A stretch of DNA of 64,000 bases from the IMG/VR virus record IMGVR_UViG_3300025122_000012, positions 1 through 64,000 of that record. One strand, given 5' to 3'. Below, piece by piece: positions 38,750 through 49,185 of the stretch. The notes under the pieces were generated by a model that did not search any database, was not told the DNA's origin, and saw only the letters and a program-made list of their open reading frames with translations. Origin of the DNA: a virus. Both the position numbers and the translations under genes were made by a program. Positions within the stretch are counted from its first letter, which is position 1; every line of letters begins with the position of its first letter.

Positions 38750-41700
38750 TTAGCGCCGCGCTAGCGGGCCCCACTTCTTCTTTGCGTAGTCACTATCCAT
38801 CGCGTCCACCACAAACTTTTGAAGCAGCGGGCCATTTTCGCTCAAATAAAGCTTTATTTCAACAGGCTGCTTACCGGCTGCCGCGGTTCCTTCTGCTCCT
38901 TTGCCCCTGAGGGTGGTCGCGAGGACACCTGTGAGAGTCTTGGCGAGCGCTGCCTCGATGGATCCCCCTGCCTTCGCACCGAACAACTCATCCTCCGAAT
39001 TAATCGGAGTTATGGTGCCTGGGCCCAGCTCTCCCTTGCCGCGGTAGATAAAGTCGTCGACCTTCAGGCGCCCCTGTTCCCGGGCGAGGGCCTCCATATT
39101 TGCCGGAGACAGAAGGTCTTCCCCGGGGTCAAAGGCCCCCCCGGATCCGCCCCCGATCTTTCCGTAAGCCTTTTGCCGTGTTCCGAATTTACTAAGAGCA
39201 CCCTCTCCCACACCGAGCGACGCCAGATGGGGGGCCATCTGTTCAGTCATCATTCCGTGCTCGTCGCGGACTTGCTCGGTACCCATTCCGGTCCATTTCC
39301 CAAGCCTCCCCCAGTTCGCTTGAGCTCCCTCATCGCGGAGCCAGCCCATCCCCGGAATCTTAGAAATCTTGATGCTCAGCCAATCGAACGCGCCTACAAT
39401 CATATCAATAAAGTCAACAAAAGAGCCAACAAATAATCGACAAACTTCGATGATGCGCATACCAAGGGTGCTGAAAATAGCACCGATCTTCTGCAGGGGA
39501 GTCAGTGAGCTTTCGAATACGACACTTAGGTCCTTAATCCACCCAATAAGACCTTCAAATATTGCTAGAAAGAATGCAACGGGAGCAAAGCGCTTAAGAA
39601 AGCCCTTTATTCCGGCAAATGACTTCAACGCGAGGCCTTTGCCACCGCCGCCTCTTTTGAACACGTCCCTTAGGGGGCCCAGGAAGTTCCCTATCTTAAG
39701 TTTTAAAGCCTTCCAGTTCAACCATGGAGGCCTTTTTAAGGGGAACATCTTGGAAATCCATTCGGGTTTTTGGAAGATCTTGGAAATCCATTCGGGTTTT
39801 TGGAAGATCTGCTTCCACTTGCCGGACGTGAACCACTTGAATGCGCCCTTAAACATGGACTTCCATCTTAGAGGATTAAATATACGCAAGACTCGCCTTA
39901 TGATGCCTGGTTTTTGTCCGGGCGTAACATTTCTTGCGCGCATCTGGGCTAGCCGCTCATAGGAGCCACCTGTACCGGAGCGCGCTATCGCGCTGGCGCC
40001 GCGCGCAGACCTTGCGGCATTTATAGAATCTCTTGAGGCCTTACCAGCCGACCAAGGACTCTTCCCTCTAAGAAGATTCCTCCATCGGACTGACCCGGCG
40101 CCGCGGGCGGCCTCGGTGGCGCGTTGGCCCATACGTGTGCGCAGCGCGAGTTGGCTCCTCAGTCCCCTCATGGCCGCGGGGCCCCCAATGAGAGCCGCGG
40201 CCGAGACGGCGAGGGCCGGCTTGGTGTGTTTGTCAAAGAAGCCCATAAACTTCTTGACGAGGCCCTGAATTGACTTCAAGACGGAATGTAGGCTCTCCAT
40301 CCATTCGATAAATTTGTCGCTCGCGAACTGCTCCATAATATTAAGAAGACGTTCTGTTAAGGTCAGCATGCTATTTTGGCGACGCTTAATCTCATCTTCT
40401 TCCATCGCCTGAATTTTATCTTCTTCGGTCTCGGCGCCAAATAACTTACGAGCTTCAGCAACTTCAACGCCCAATGACTGCGCGATCATCTGCTGTTCAT
40501 ACTTACCCATCTGTTTAAAGTTCATACCAGCCTGCTTCATTGATCGCTGGAGGATTTCAATTCTTTCCTCTTCCGTGGCATTTAACATATCAATGGAGTT
40601 GAGGTATGGGCCACCCATAATCGCATTAAGTTTGCCAACCGCTTTGCCGGCGCCTTCAAAAGTATCAAACTGAGTTACAAATCCAAGAAGCTGATCGATA
40701 GATAGTCCTGTCGCCTTCGCTTGCTGTTCGAGTTTTGCAAACACTCCGATTACATTCTTACCATAGAAGGCTAACTTTTTCGAAACATTGGCAAAGTCTT
40801 TCATTACCACATCGAAGGGCATCTTCAAGGAATTGGCTACGCCGGCGACCTCTTCCAAAACGCCCTTTACTTCGGTAAAACCAAATCCCAAACTACGCGT
40901 CGCTTCGTTGGTAATCTCAGCAACATCCCCCTCCGCAACGCCTAGCTCCCGCAAGTAGGCGGTCATCTCCGCTAATTCACGACGCACCGCCGGCGATTGC
41001 TTCGTAAAATCTACGGCGCCCCTGTAGAGGGCTCTGAATGATTGCTCATATTCTGCCATCCGGATGCCAGTACCCTTGAGGGCTTTCGCGTTCTCGAAGA
41101 CTTCGTCTCCGAAGGCCTTCGACGCCCCGGTGGCGGCCATAAACGACATACGAGCTGAGTCGAGTTGGCCATGCAACATCACCGATGACTCAAAAATGGT
41201 GGTAAGAAGCTTCGCCAACAGCTTCAGGGGGTTAAGGGCACTCACAACGCCCTTCATAAATGCCTTGAAACCGCCTTTGGTCTCAAACAGCTTCTTTGTA
41301 AAGTCGCCTAATTTAGAGTTGACACCCAGCAAATTGTGAGAGAATTCTGCGCCCTCAGCATTTAGCTCTTCGAGGGCGTCTCCGTGCTTTTTGGTTTCGG
41401 CCGCGGCACGGCCGTGCAATTTTGTTTTAAGTTTCAGCGCCTTGACTTCAAGCTTCCAGGTCTTTAGGTTTTCCAGCTGCTGCTCGTCGACGTCTTCGTT
41501 GGCGAGTACGAGGCGTTCGAGGTCGCGGATCATGCGCTGGCGCTCGGTGAGACGCTCCTGCATGTTCTCGGCCTCTAGTGCCATGGCGGCGACCTTTCGC
41601 TCGTGTTCGGTGCGGTCGAGGTCCGCCGTTTCCTTAACAACGCGCCACTCTTCCTTTCGAAGTTCAATGCGCTCTAGAAGGAGCTTACGCCTCTCTTCAT

Positions 41701-41752
41701 GCTCCTCCGGAGTTAGTTCTGTGCCGTCGCCATTACCGTTACCGTTTGCCAC
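38750..41752 (-). CDS. Tape measure protein
   Basis: Long alpha-helical A/G/L-rich protein in canonical position; internal IFQKPEWISK duplication. Confidence 0.8.
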   Translation of the reverse strand: MANGNGNGDGTELTPEEHEERRKLLLERIELRKEEWRVVKETADLDRTEHERKVAAMALEAENMQERLTERQRMIRDLERLVLANEDVDEQQLENLKTWKLEVKALKLKTKLHGRAAAETKKHGDALEELNAEGAEFSHNLLGVNSKLGDFTKKLFETKGGFKAFMKGVVSALNPLKLLAKLLTTIFESSVMLHGQLDSARMSFMAATGASKAFGDEVFENAKALKGTGIRMAEYEQSFRALYRGAVDFTKQSPAVRRELAEMTAYLRELGVAEGDVAEITNEATRSLGFGFTEVKGVLEEVAGVANSLKMPFDVVMKDFANVSKKLAFYGKNVIGVFAKLEQQAKATGLSIDQLLGFVTQFDTFEGAGKAVGKLNAIMGGPYLNSIDMLNATEEERIEILQRSMKQAGMNFKQMGKYEQQMIAQSLGVEVAEARKLFGAETEEDKIQAMEEDEIKRRQNSMLTLTERLLNIMEQFASDKFIEWMESLHSVLKSIQGLVKKFMGFFDKHTKPALAVSAAALIGGPAAMRGLRSQLALRTRMGQRATEAARGAGSVRWRNLLRGKSPWSAGKASRDSINAARSARGASAIARSGTGGSYERLAQMRARNVTPGQKPGIIRRVLRIFNPLRWKSMFKGAFKWFTSGKWKQIFQKPEWISKIFQKPEWISKMFPLKRPPWLNWKALKLKIGNFLGPLRDVFKRGGGGKGLALKSFAGIKGFLKRFAPVAFFLAIFEGLIGWIKDLSVVFESSLTPLQKIGAIFSTLGMRIIEVCRLFVGSFVDFIDMIVGAFDWLSIKISKIPGMGWLRDEGAQANWGRLGKWTGMGTEQVRDEHGMMTEQMAPHLASLGVGEGALSKFGTRQKAYGKIGGGSGGAFDPGEDLLSPANMEALAREQGRLKVDDFIYRGKGELGPGTITPINSEDELFGAKAGGSIEAALAKTLTGVLATTLRGKGAEGTAAAGKQPVEIKLYLSENGPLLQKFVVDAMDSDYAKKKWGPLARR

Positions 41753-41763
41753 GGGTACTACTC

Positions 41764-42087
41764 CTAATTAGTGAAGGGCCAGCGAAGGCCGGTCTCTCTT
41801 TCAAAGCGAGAAACCGCCGTTCCCAGGCGCGCACGGCTAGAAAGGGTGCGCTCATCATCGAGGCCGTGACGCAGAAAAGAGTCCATGTATCTTTTCTCTC
41901 CACCCAATGCATCCATAAACGAACTAATTTGGGGTGGGGTGCCTCGAATTTTGGCCTTGGGACTCATTCCTCCAAACATATACTTAAGCAATAGTTTGGT
42001 CCAACCGCCAAACATTTTAAGCCAGCTTTCGTCTATTTTGTTCTTGTCGACATTTAAATCAATTATAATGGGTACGAGGTCGCTCAT
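41764..42087 (-). CDS. Hypothetical protein (MSDLVPII...)
   Basis: ATG 42087 lies 5 nt after ACTATTTA. Confidence 0.65.
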   Translation of the reverse strand: MSDLVPIIIDLNVDKNKIDESWLKMFGGWTKLLLKYMFGGMSPKAKIRGTPPQISSFMDALGGEKRYMDSFLRHGLDDERTLSSRARLGTAVSRFERETGLRWPFTN

Positions 42088-42121
42088 ATAACTAAATAGT
42101 CGACACCCCAAAAGGAGCGCA

Positions 42122-42283
42122 TTATTTGCGGGACCCCTTACCTTTGGAAGTTTGGGCCTCCATCGCCTTGGCCTCTTTCTCAAACTCTTTTACTAGGCGG
42201 GTAAGAAACCAGCGCCTCAGTTGGATAGGAAGATTGTACAGCTCGAAAAAAGACCACCCACCGTGATGTTTCAAGAGAAACAT
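42122..42283 (-). CDS. Small tail-chaperone C-terminal ORF (gpT-like; not in ORF track)
   Basis: MFLLKHHGGWSFFELYNLPIQLRRWFLTRL...; frame open back to the T7 run of the upstream gene. Confidence 0.7.
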   Translation of the reverse strand: MFLLKHHGGWSFFELYNLPIQLRRWFLTRLVKEFEKEAKAMEAQTSKGKGSRK

Positions 42284-42308
42284 TTCTTCATAGGCGCTTT
42301 CTTGGTAT

Positions 42309-43178
42309 TTAGAGCTCAGGCCAAAAAAAGTCTGCCGTCAAAGGGACAGAAATTCTCCCCTCATGATCACACTGTGAACAGCTAATCTCTTGAGTAAGGT
42401 CTACGTTTGGCATCAGAGCCTCATATATGGCGCGAATCTCACGGGAAGCAGTAGTGGGGATAGCATCAATAAATTTCGCGATCAGGCCGCCATCATCCAC
42501 ATCGTTAACCGCCACAACCACCAGCTTAAGTTGGCCCGTGATCGCAGCTTCGGGTAACTTAAGCTTTTTTTTCTTTTCTCTGGACGCGCTGAATACTTTT
42601 TCATCGTTACCCTTTAAGAGCCTAAGCTCTACGGTAAATCCATCAATCGTCTCCAGAGTTGCCTTAAAATTACCGTTAGGAAGGAGTTCCACATTAGGGG
42701 GCAACTCAGTGGCTGATACCAAGTCTAACTCATTAAGATTAAAAGAGTTATCAATAGTTTCTCCGCAGGAGGGGCAGCCAACTTTCGTTTCGTAGTGGGG
42801 CCCGAAGCCTGTGATTCGAGCAGCAACCAGCAGAGCGTTCTTGTCGCCGATCAAAAGCTCACCAAGTTTAAGACTTTTATCTACCACCAAGGACTGGAGC
42901 ATCCGGTCGACCGCAATGCCCTTTTTCAGAAGAGATTCAGAAGTTAGAATATCCTCTTCTTTGGCCGTCATATGACGGATTTCAACAGTTAGAGAATTAT
43001 GGAGAGGGTGGCCCTCCGCATAAAATCTCCCCTGGCTAGGAAGATCAACAAACTCCGTCGGAGTTACAAATGAAAATAGTTCTTGGCTGCTTTCTTGTGC
43101 GGCTGCCGGGGCACTTTGGTCCGGCTCCACTTTTTTCTTTCCTGTCAGGGCACGTTCTAAATTATTCCTTTGTGCCAT
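42309..43178 (-). CDS. Tail/baseplate-hub assembly chaperone (gp26-like)
   Basis: VDLPSQG..MTAKEEDIL..CPSCG..CSQC..DFFWP; between tube and tape measure. Confidence 0.75.
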   Translation of the reverse strand: MAQRNNLERALTGKKKVEPDQSAPAAAQESSQELFSFVTPTEFVDLPSQGRFYAEGHPLHNSLTVEIRHMTAKEEDILTSESLLKKGIAVDRMLQSLVVDKSLKLGELLIGDKNALLVAARITGFGPHYETKVGCPSCGETIDNSFNLNELDLVSATELPPNVELLPNGNFKATLETIDGFTVELRLLKGNDEKVFSASREKKKKLKLPEAAITGQLKLVVVAVNDVDDGGLIAKFIDAIPTTASREIRAIYEALMPNVDLTQEISCSQCDHEGRISVPLTADFFWPEL

Positions 43179-43203
43179 TCATTACCTTCTTTCTTTTTCA
43201 AGC

Positions 43204-43764
43204 CTATAGCTTACCGTAGTCACCCGTGGGGCTCTTGTTGGCGGTGTACTGAGCCCAATCATACCTCATACCAATCTCGATATTAAGTAAATCATCGCCT
43301 TCATAGTCTAAATCCCCAAAAGTAGCCGATTTAATAAAAGCATTGTGCAGAGTCCACAGACCCACCTTGTCACCGTTCCCGTCCATTTCGGTGATGGTAA
43401 CTGATCCCAAGCCCTGATCGCTGGTCGCGTCAACTTTATTAATAGTTCCCACCTTATCCTGAGCCTGCGCAGTATCTTGGTTCGGTGGAAAGAGATACCC
43501 AGATGCTTCAAGAGCCTTCAACAGGGTGGACTGGCCGTCCGGATTAACGGAATTAACGATCGTCAGCGTGACCTCGTTCCAGGTAAGACTGCCCGGGTAA
43601 TAATAGGTGTTACCTAGAAATTTGTGTTCTGTCTCTGAAACCTCAAATGAGGGCTTCGTAACACTCTTAGCCAGATAGGACTCAAACGCCCCCGCCAAAG
43701 ACATATTAACAATCCACCTATGTTGTCTTTTAGGTTCTGATGATGCTGCGCTCCAAAAGGTCAT
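43204..43764 (-). CDS. Tail tube protein (gp19-like)
   Basis: EPKRQHRW..W.L.NAF..FGDLDY..YDWA; follows sheath. Confidence 0.85.
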   Translation of the reverse strand: MTFWSAASSEPKRQHRWIVNMSLAGAFESYLAKSVTKPSFEVSETEHKFLGNTYYYPGSLTWNEVTLTIVNSVNPDGQSTLLKALEASGYLFPPNQDTAQAQDKVGTINKVDATSDQGLGSVTITEMDGNGDKVGLWTLHNAFIKSATFGDLDYEGDDLLNIEIGMRYDWAQYTANKSPTGDYGKL

Positions 43765-43832
43765 TTTACTGGTCTCCTATAAACTCTGTACTAACTAGAG
43801 TACTCTGTTGAAAAATCTTTTTCTTTGTGTTC

Positions 43833-46751
43833 TTAATCATTGAAGGAAGCTCCCGTTCTCGTGATATTAAAATCAATGGCAATGAACTCAATAGACCGCG
43901 TAGGCTTCAAGAAGATTTGTGCATACATCACATTTCGATCCACCAAATCGGGGGTTGTCGTTGTCTCATCAAGAACGACCCTAAATTCCGATAGACCGAA
44001 TTGTGTCTTTACCTCTCCCAAGAAAGGATTAACTGCCCCCAGGAAACGGTTCCAGGTGGTCGCCACATTCGGGGAGAACAAGAGGCGCGCAGCAATCTGC
44101 GAGATACGCTTCTTGATGAAAATCATAAGTCGACGCACATTAATACGATCCAAGGCAGACGGAGTTACCTGCAGCGTCTTCTGTCCGAAGATAACAATGC
44201 CCTCCGCAGGGAACTTCGCAATGGGATTAATGCTGGCAGCGTAGAGGTCGTCTCGGTCGACGCGACGTAGCTGGTGCGATACATCCACAACCGGAATGCC
44301 GGCTGCGCCTTCTGTTAAGCCGCCACGATTGAAGCCCGCCGGAGCAAACCAAACCTGTGTCCGGCGCTGCGAGCTTGAGAAAGTACCCAGCGCTGCAATC
44401 GAGGGAGGCAGCCATACAAAGTTGCCACCGATCGTATCGCGGGCGCGAACCCACGGATAGAAAGCACAACCATAAGAGGAATTCAGCGCTCGGTCACGAA
44501 GATTATTAATAATCGTGGTAAGAGTTGATGCCGTATTATTCCTTTGAATTTCGGTGCTATCCTCACGGGGCTGGAAGCCTCCCTTCAGATCAATTACGGC
44601 CAAGGCATCGGCTCGGTCTTCACAAACATTGATGAGATGTCCCGTTAGCCCCTCATGGGTCAAACCCGGGATAGAAGCCAGATTCATTTCCACCACCTCA
44701 GGATCGGCAGTAGAATCAATGGCCCTCTTAATTGAGTTAAACTGATAGCTATTCTGCTCAGTGATGCTAGAAATCCCGTTAAGGAGGCGGCTGTTGAACG
44801 GATCCATCTCTGTAATGTCCAGGCCATCAAATCCACCATAGAGTGGCACAGTAAAGCGATCGAAGCCTTTGCCAAGAACGCCGGAAATAGCACCACTCTG
44901 ATTAGTAAGAGAGGTTCCAGCTGCGTGTGAGCCCGAAACCCAGTAGGCAAAATCGCCTGAGCCCGTAACATCGTCGAGAGTGAAGAACATTGACACATCG
45001 CGGATTCCGCTAGAGGCTCCATTAAACATCTCTGTCACCATACCTCCGCGCGCTAACAGGAGATCAATCGTTGAAGAATCAAAGGTAGAGCTGCCTGATG
45101 TTCGCGTAGTTTGGAGGCCGAAGTACGAATCCGTCGCGGACGGCAGATTGCCTGCCGAAGCACTCACTCGAAGTTCGGGGGCCGGATAAAGAACCGAAGC
45201 GGTTAAGGCCGATCCACTAACGGAAAAGACAGACGTGTTACTGTTCTGGTTTCCCTGCGGTCCATTGGTGTCAGTAGAGGCACTATAGCGACCCGTGGTA
45301 CCAATGGTGGAGGATGCAGAAACCCAGTTTCCGGCAGACTCATTGGTCGTAAGAGTGCTTTCGTCCGCGTACTTGGTGATTCCCTTAAAGCCAAAAGGCA
45401 CCACCGCAGCGTCGACAGCATAATTTTCGACGTCACTTGCAACCTGGACTCGAATAAAGTCTGAACGGTTGTTATAGTTGCCCTCGACGCGGTAGCGTCG
45501 TTCGTCTGCAACCCACACGCGGCGTCGGTCGCCGACCTTGCGGGCCACATAATCTAAAGAATCTGGGTTAAGGTTGCAATTAGTAAATTGCTCAACAATT
45601 TTTACCACATTATCACTATCGTCCAGCTTTCGAACAATAAGGGCAAATGATCCAAATGCATTTGACTCATTGGTCGATATCTTAATGTCCTGAACAGATA
45701 CTTTCAAGTTTTTGTTCGTCCAGGAGCCCGGCTCTTCTAAAGCATGAATAGTAAATAGGCTCGGCATTAGCTCCACATTGAATGCGTTGGCCGCGGTGCC
45801 CCGGTTAGCCGTGTCGCATCCGATAACAATGGGACTCCGTGCGCTTTGCAGAGGGTCTCGATGGCCGTCAGCATCACCATTTGTGGTATTGGTCAGTTCG
45901 ACTACGGCTGCCCATGTACTGCGGCCAGAAGGGATGTTCGCCTTCATGTGGCGATCAAACGACTCTCCCAGCCAATAGTTAGCAGTCGTATTGGAAATCG
46001 TGCTGTTCGTTTTCTGAGGGTTGGTGTTGAAAACCTTGCGAATATACTTAGAATCGCCCTGGTTAAAGTTAAAAGAGGAAGTAAGAGTCGTGCCGGATCC
46101 GTCATAACTATTGATGAGCATCTTAAATTCGTACGGGACACCTGTGTCCTTCACGATGACGGAGGAACCGGTGGCGGTCGTGCCCTCGGTAGCATGGGAC
46201 CCTGTTGCGGCCAGGATGTTGCCAGATAATTGAAGAGTGGTCGAGGCGTTAGTGGTGTAAAATACAGCCGCAAGAGCTCCTTCTACTGAACCAGTACCAT
46301 TAGATCCAGATGCATAGGAAGCGCTTGCCGCAGTCCAAGGAAGAACCTCAAAGACTACGAGACCCCATGCTTTACCGCTTGTGCCGGCATCCCAGCCGGC
46401 TTCTCCTTCGCCCGACAGGGTGCCCGGGCCCTCAGCACCAAGAAGGCGCACGTAACTAAGTGGTGAGCTGTTACGAAGATAGGCCTGTGCGGCGTACGCT
46501 CCATAGGTGGGTGCAGTTGTGCTTGCGCCGGTGCGCCAAACATCGCTGCCGCCAGCGCCGGCGCCGGGGGCGCCAAAAACATTAACAAATTCTTCAAAAG
46601 AATTGACAGTAATGGGCCTTAAGCCCGGGCCCTTCTCTGCTCGGCCGATGATTACCGGGCCGATGCCGGCGGGGGATGCTGGAATCTGTGAATTGTCAAT
46701 TTCATCAACAAAAACTCCCGGCGAAACAAATCTAAAGTTTTTAACGGACAT
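43833..46751 (-). CDS. Contractile tail sheath protein (gp18-like)
   Basis: SPGVFVDEID, WFAPAGFNRG, FGQKTLQ..ALDRINVRRL. Confidence 0.95.
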   Translation of the reverse strand: MSVKNFRFVSPGVFVDEIDNSQIPASPAGIGPVIIGRAEKGPGLRPITVNSFEEFVNVFGAPGAGAGGSDVWRTGASTTAPTYGAYAAQAYLRNSSPLSYVRLLGAEGPGTLSGEGEAGWDAGTSGKAWGLVVFEVLPWTAASASYASGSNGTGSVEGALAAVFYTTNASTTLQLSGNILAATGSHATEGTTATGSSVIVKDTGVPYEFKMLINSYDGSGTTLTSSFNFNQGDSKYIRKVFNTNPQKTNSTISNTTANYWLGESFDRHMKANIPSGRSTWAAVVELTNTTNGDADGHRDPLQSARSPIVIGCDTANRGTAANAFNVELMPSLFTIHALEEPGSWTNKNLKVSVQDIKISTNESNAFGSFALIVRKLDDSDNVVKIVEQFTNCNLNPDSLDYVARKVGDRRRVWVADERRYRVEGNYNNRSDFIRVQVASDVENYAVDAAVVPFGFKGITKYADESTLTTNESAGNWVSASSTIGTTGRYSASTDTNGPQGNQNSNTSVFSVSGSALTASVLYPAPELRVSASAGNLPSATDSYFGLQTTRTSGSSTFDSSTIDLLLARGGMVTEMFNGASSGIRDVSMFFTLDDVTGSGDFAYWVSGSHAAGTSLTNQSGAISGVLGKGFDRFTVPLYGGFDGLDITEMDPFNSRLLNGISSITEQNSYQFNSIKRAIDSTADPEVVEMNLASIPGLTHEGLTGHLINVCEDRADALAVIDLKGGFQPREDSTEIQRNNTASTLTTIINNLRDRALNSSYGCAFYPWVRARDTIGGNFVWLPPSIAALGTFSSSQRRTQVWFAPAGFNRGGLTEGAAGIPVVDVSHQLRRVDRDDLYAASINPIAKFPAEGIVIFGQKTLQVTPSALDRINVRRLMIFIKKRISQIAARLLFSPNVATTWNRFLGAVNPFLGEVKTQFGLSEFRVVLDETTTTPDLVDRNVMYAQIFLKPTRSIEFIAIDFNITRTGASFND

Positions 46752-46857
46752 TAGTGTAACTCTCCTAAGACTGAATGGTCTTATTAAATAGTATCTTATA
46801 TCGGCAACAGACCTATTCTCTTTTAAAGTGAAGAAAATGACAATTTAACTAAATTTT

Positions 46858-47820
46858 TTACGATTTACGATACCATCCATCTTTTGTCGTGTCTGGAATC
46901 TCCCCGGGGATCTCCCCAAAAACCGTGCGTTCTCTTCCGAAACTAAATTCAACTGCGTTTTGGCGCGTAACAATCCCGGGGGGTTCTTGGTTTTCCCCCT
47001 CCCCAATCAAATAACCCAAAACCTCAATGCTAACGATCGTCTCATAGTTACGCTGTTCCATACTAAGAGCCGTCTGATTCGAATTATCAGCAAAATCACC
47101 AGCAATAAAAACTTCATACGCGTGACCCATCGCTGTAATTCTTTTAGGCATCCGCGAGTTCCCAGCGATTGTAAAGAAAGGTCGCTGCAGCTCATTCATT
47201 TGGTGCTGGTACTCCGTTCGTATTGCAATTTCGTAGTTGACGGTGACCCACGTTGGCAATGGCATCGTAATCGTATCATAAACCACTTTTGCGGGGGTCA
47301 TTGAGTCTTTATTAGAATTATATCGCCTTGAGCGCATGCGCCCATTGGGACCATATGTTTTATTAGCCATAGCATTCTGAAATTCTGCAGTCTTTTTTTG
47401 GTTGATCTGACGAGCAATCGTTATTGTGCCCCCCTTTGCGTCGTGCACAGGATAGAGATTGGCAAACGGAATGCCCCGCTGGCTCGGGTCTTTGTTAACC
47501 CCAGTGCGCGCTATGGTGATGAGAGGTAGAATCAAGGTCCCCTCTTTATCTCTTATTTCCTTATTATCCTTTACTTGATAGGCGCGTTCTGTCGTCGTCC
47601 ACAAAACAGGTACTTTTTTAAAACCTTCATTAGATCCGATCTGCAGATCCAACTCTACATTAACAAATCTATACATTGCGCGGTCGATTGTTTCAAGACC
47701 CGATGGTTGAAGTTTTATTTCTCCAAGCCTATCCTCCACCGTTTTGTCTTGAACCTGAGCATATCGCTTATCCGGCGTTTTCGCTTCAATTTGTTTTTGG
47801 GTTCTTTTACTACGTGCCAT
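46858..47820 (-). CDS. Tail terminator/completion protein (gp15-like)
   Basis: KVPVLW..ER..LPLI..P.WV.VNYE..T.Y; position. Confidence 0.65.
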   Translation of the reverse strand: MARSKRTQKQIEAKTPDKRYAQVQDKTVEDRLGEIKLQPSGLETIDRAMYRFVNVELDLQIGSNEGFKKVPVLWTTTERAYQVKDNKEIRDKEGTLILPLITIARTGVNKDPSQRGIPFANLYPVHDAKGGTITIARQINQKKTAEFQNAMANKTYGPNGRMRSRRYNSNKDSMTPAKVVYDTITMPLPTWVTVNYEIAIRTEYQHQMNELQRPFFTIAGNSRMPKRITAMGHAYEVFIAGDFADNSNQTALSMEQRNYETIVSIEVLGYLIGEGENQEPPGIVTRQNAVEFSFGRERTVFGEIPGEIPDTTKDGWYRKS

Positions 47821-47831
47821 GGCACACTCCC

Positions 47832-49100
47832 CTAACCTACCCAGATACCAGCGGGAACATTCTGCAATACCTTTTCGGCAGCGTCCTGAAGCGCGCTGTC
47901 GGCGGCAGCGAGCTTGTCATACGTAAGCTCGTTGAGAAGTGTCTTAAGTTCCTCTCGTAGCGCGCTTTGCTCGGTGGCAGCTTGCGAAAGCAAGTCCGAA
48001 GCATTGAGAGTAATGCTCTCTCCCGGAATAGGGACAGACGCAAACTTGCCCCGAATCTGCCCCAACATTTCTTTTGTAAGCGCTAGTGCAAACCGGCGGA
48101 TCCATTGCTTTCCTATAGAATTAATACTAGAATACGGTAAATTATTAAATGGCAAAGTATTGATATTGTTAATCCCTTTAATGCCTTGTTCGCCGCGACC
48201 CGTTTCCTCCCACGGATTATATTGGTTGTCTATAGTAAACTGAATCCAGAACTTCTCCGGACTCGTCATATCGGGGGTGGGATAAATACGCAAGTAATTA
48301 TCCTTTATCTCATAAGAATAATGAGACGTGCGAGTATAAATAGCATCTTCATAAGCCATCGCTTGAAGTTTGTTTTGCCAGACCGGCACAATATCAAATG
48401 TAGAATCATCCGCAAATTGTCCATAAGTACGCAGATTGCCTACCACAGAAAAACCACCGTAATAACCATAGAATCTCCACATCGCGCGCGGGGTTTCATA
48501 AAATACCTTACGTACAACGATACGGTTTCCTTTCACCTGATCGTAATAAGGAAGAGAAGTGTCTGAGGATGCGGATGAAGAAATTAACGTCTGGAGATCA
48601 TAGTCCTGCCGGCCTGATACAGTTCCTAAGGAGGCAGAATAAATCGGAGTAAGGCCCCCAAAGCCCGCTTCGGTAGCTAGGCCTTCGGAGATGCGTCTCA
48701 CATATCCATAATCAAAACGAGGATATCGAAGTTCAATATTGGAACCGGAGAGGCCGTCCCCCCCTACAATTTGTCCATCTTGGTTAAAAGAGGCTGTTTG
48801 GGCTCCTAAAAGGTCCGTCAAACTATTTTTGGTTTGATGAATATTAACCAAATAGGAGTATTCTAATACGGCTTCCTCATAGGCCGCATAAACATTTCCC
48901 TCGCTCAATTCAATATCTAAAACATCTCCGCCCAGCTTTTTATAAGTATATGCAACCTGATCAACGGCGCCAGAGAGAAAAGGGTCCGATGTTACATAGA
49001 TCCCAAAAGGCAACGAACTTGAAACATTCGCTATAGCTCCAGTTACCGGTAAGATATTAGAAGTAGTAGTAGATGCTGGATTTAAATTGGGGATCGCCAT
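47832..49100 (-). CDS. Neck/head-tail adaptor (gp13-like)
   Basis: KLGGDVLDIEL, WIRRFALAL.KEMLG.IRGKF..IPG..LN. Confidence 0.8.
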   Translation of the reverse strand: MAIPNLNPASTTTSNILPVTGAIANVSSSLPFGIYVTSDPFLSGAVDQVAYTYKKLGGDVLDIELSEGNVYAAYEEAVLEYSYLVNIHQTKNSLTDLLGAQTASFNQDGQIVGGDGLSGSNIELRYPRFDYGYVRRISEGLATEAGFGGLTPIYSASLGTVSGRQDYDLQTLISSSASSDTSLPYYDQVKGNRIVVRKVFYETPRAMWRFYGYYGGFSVVGNLRTYGQFADDSTFDIVPVWQNKLQAMAYEDAIYTRTSHYSYEIKDNYLRIYPTPDMTSPEKFWIQFTIDNQYNPWEETGRGEQGIKGINNINTLPFNNLPYSSINSIGKQWIRRFALALTKEMLGQIRGKFASVPIPGESITLNASDLLSQAATEQSALREELKTLLNELTYDKLAAADSALQDAAEKVLQNVPAGIWVG

Positions 49101-49130
49101 TAAGAATACCTCTTCTTTCTCTACTAAATA

Positions 49131-49162
49131 GAAAGCCCCGGCTCTTTCGAGCCGAGGCTTTC
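49131..49162 (-). terminator. Intrinsic terminator after major capsid gene
   Basis: GAAAGCCTCGGCTC-GAAA-GAGCCGGGGCTTTC then TATTT. Confidence 0.8.
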
Positions 49163-49185
49163 AGAAAAGTTGACCGAAGTCAGCT

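Noticed and set aside
39749-39811. 30-bp tandem duplication in the tape measure gene
   Set aside because: An ordinary in-frame tape-measure repeat (IFQKPEWISK).
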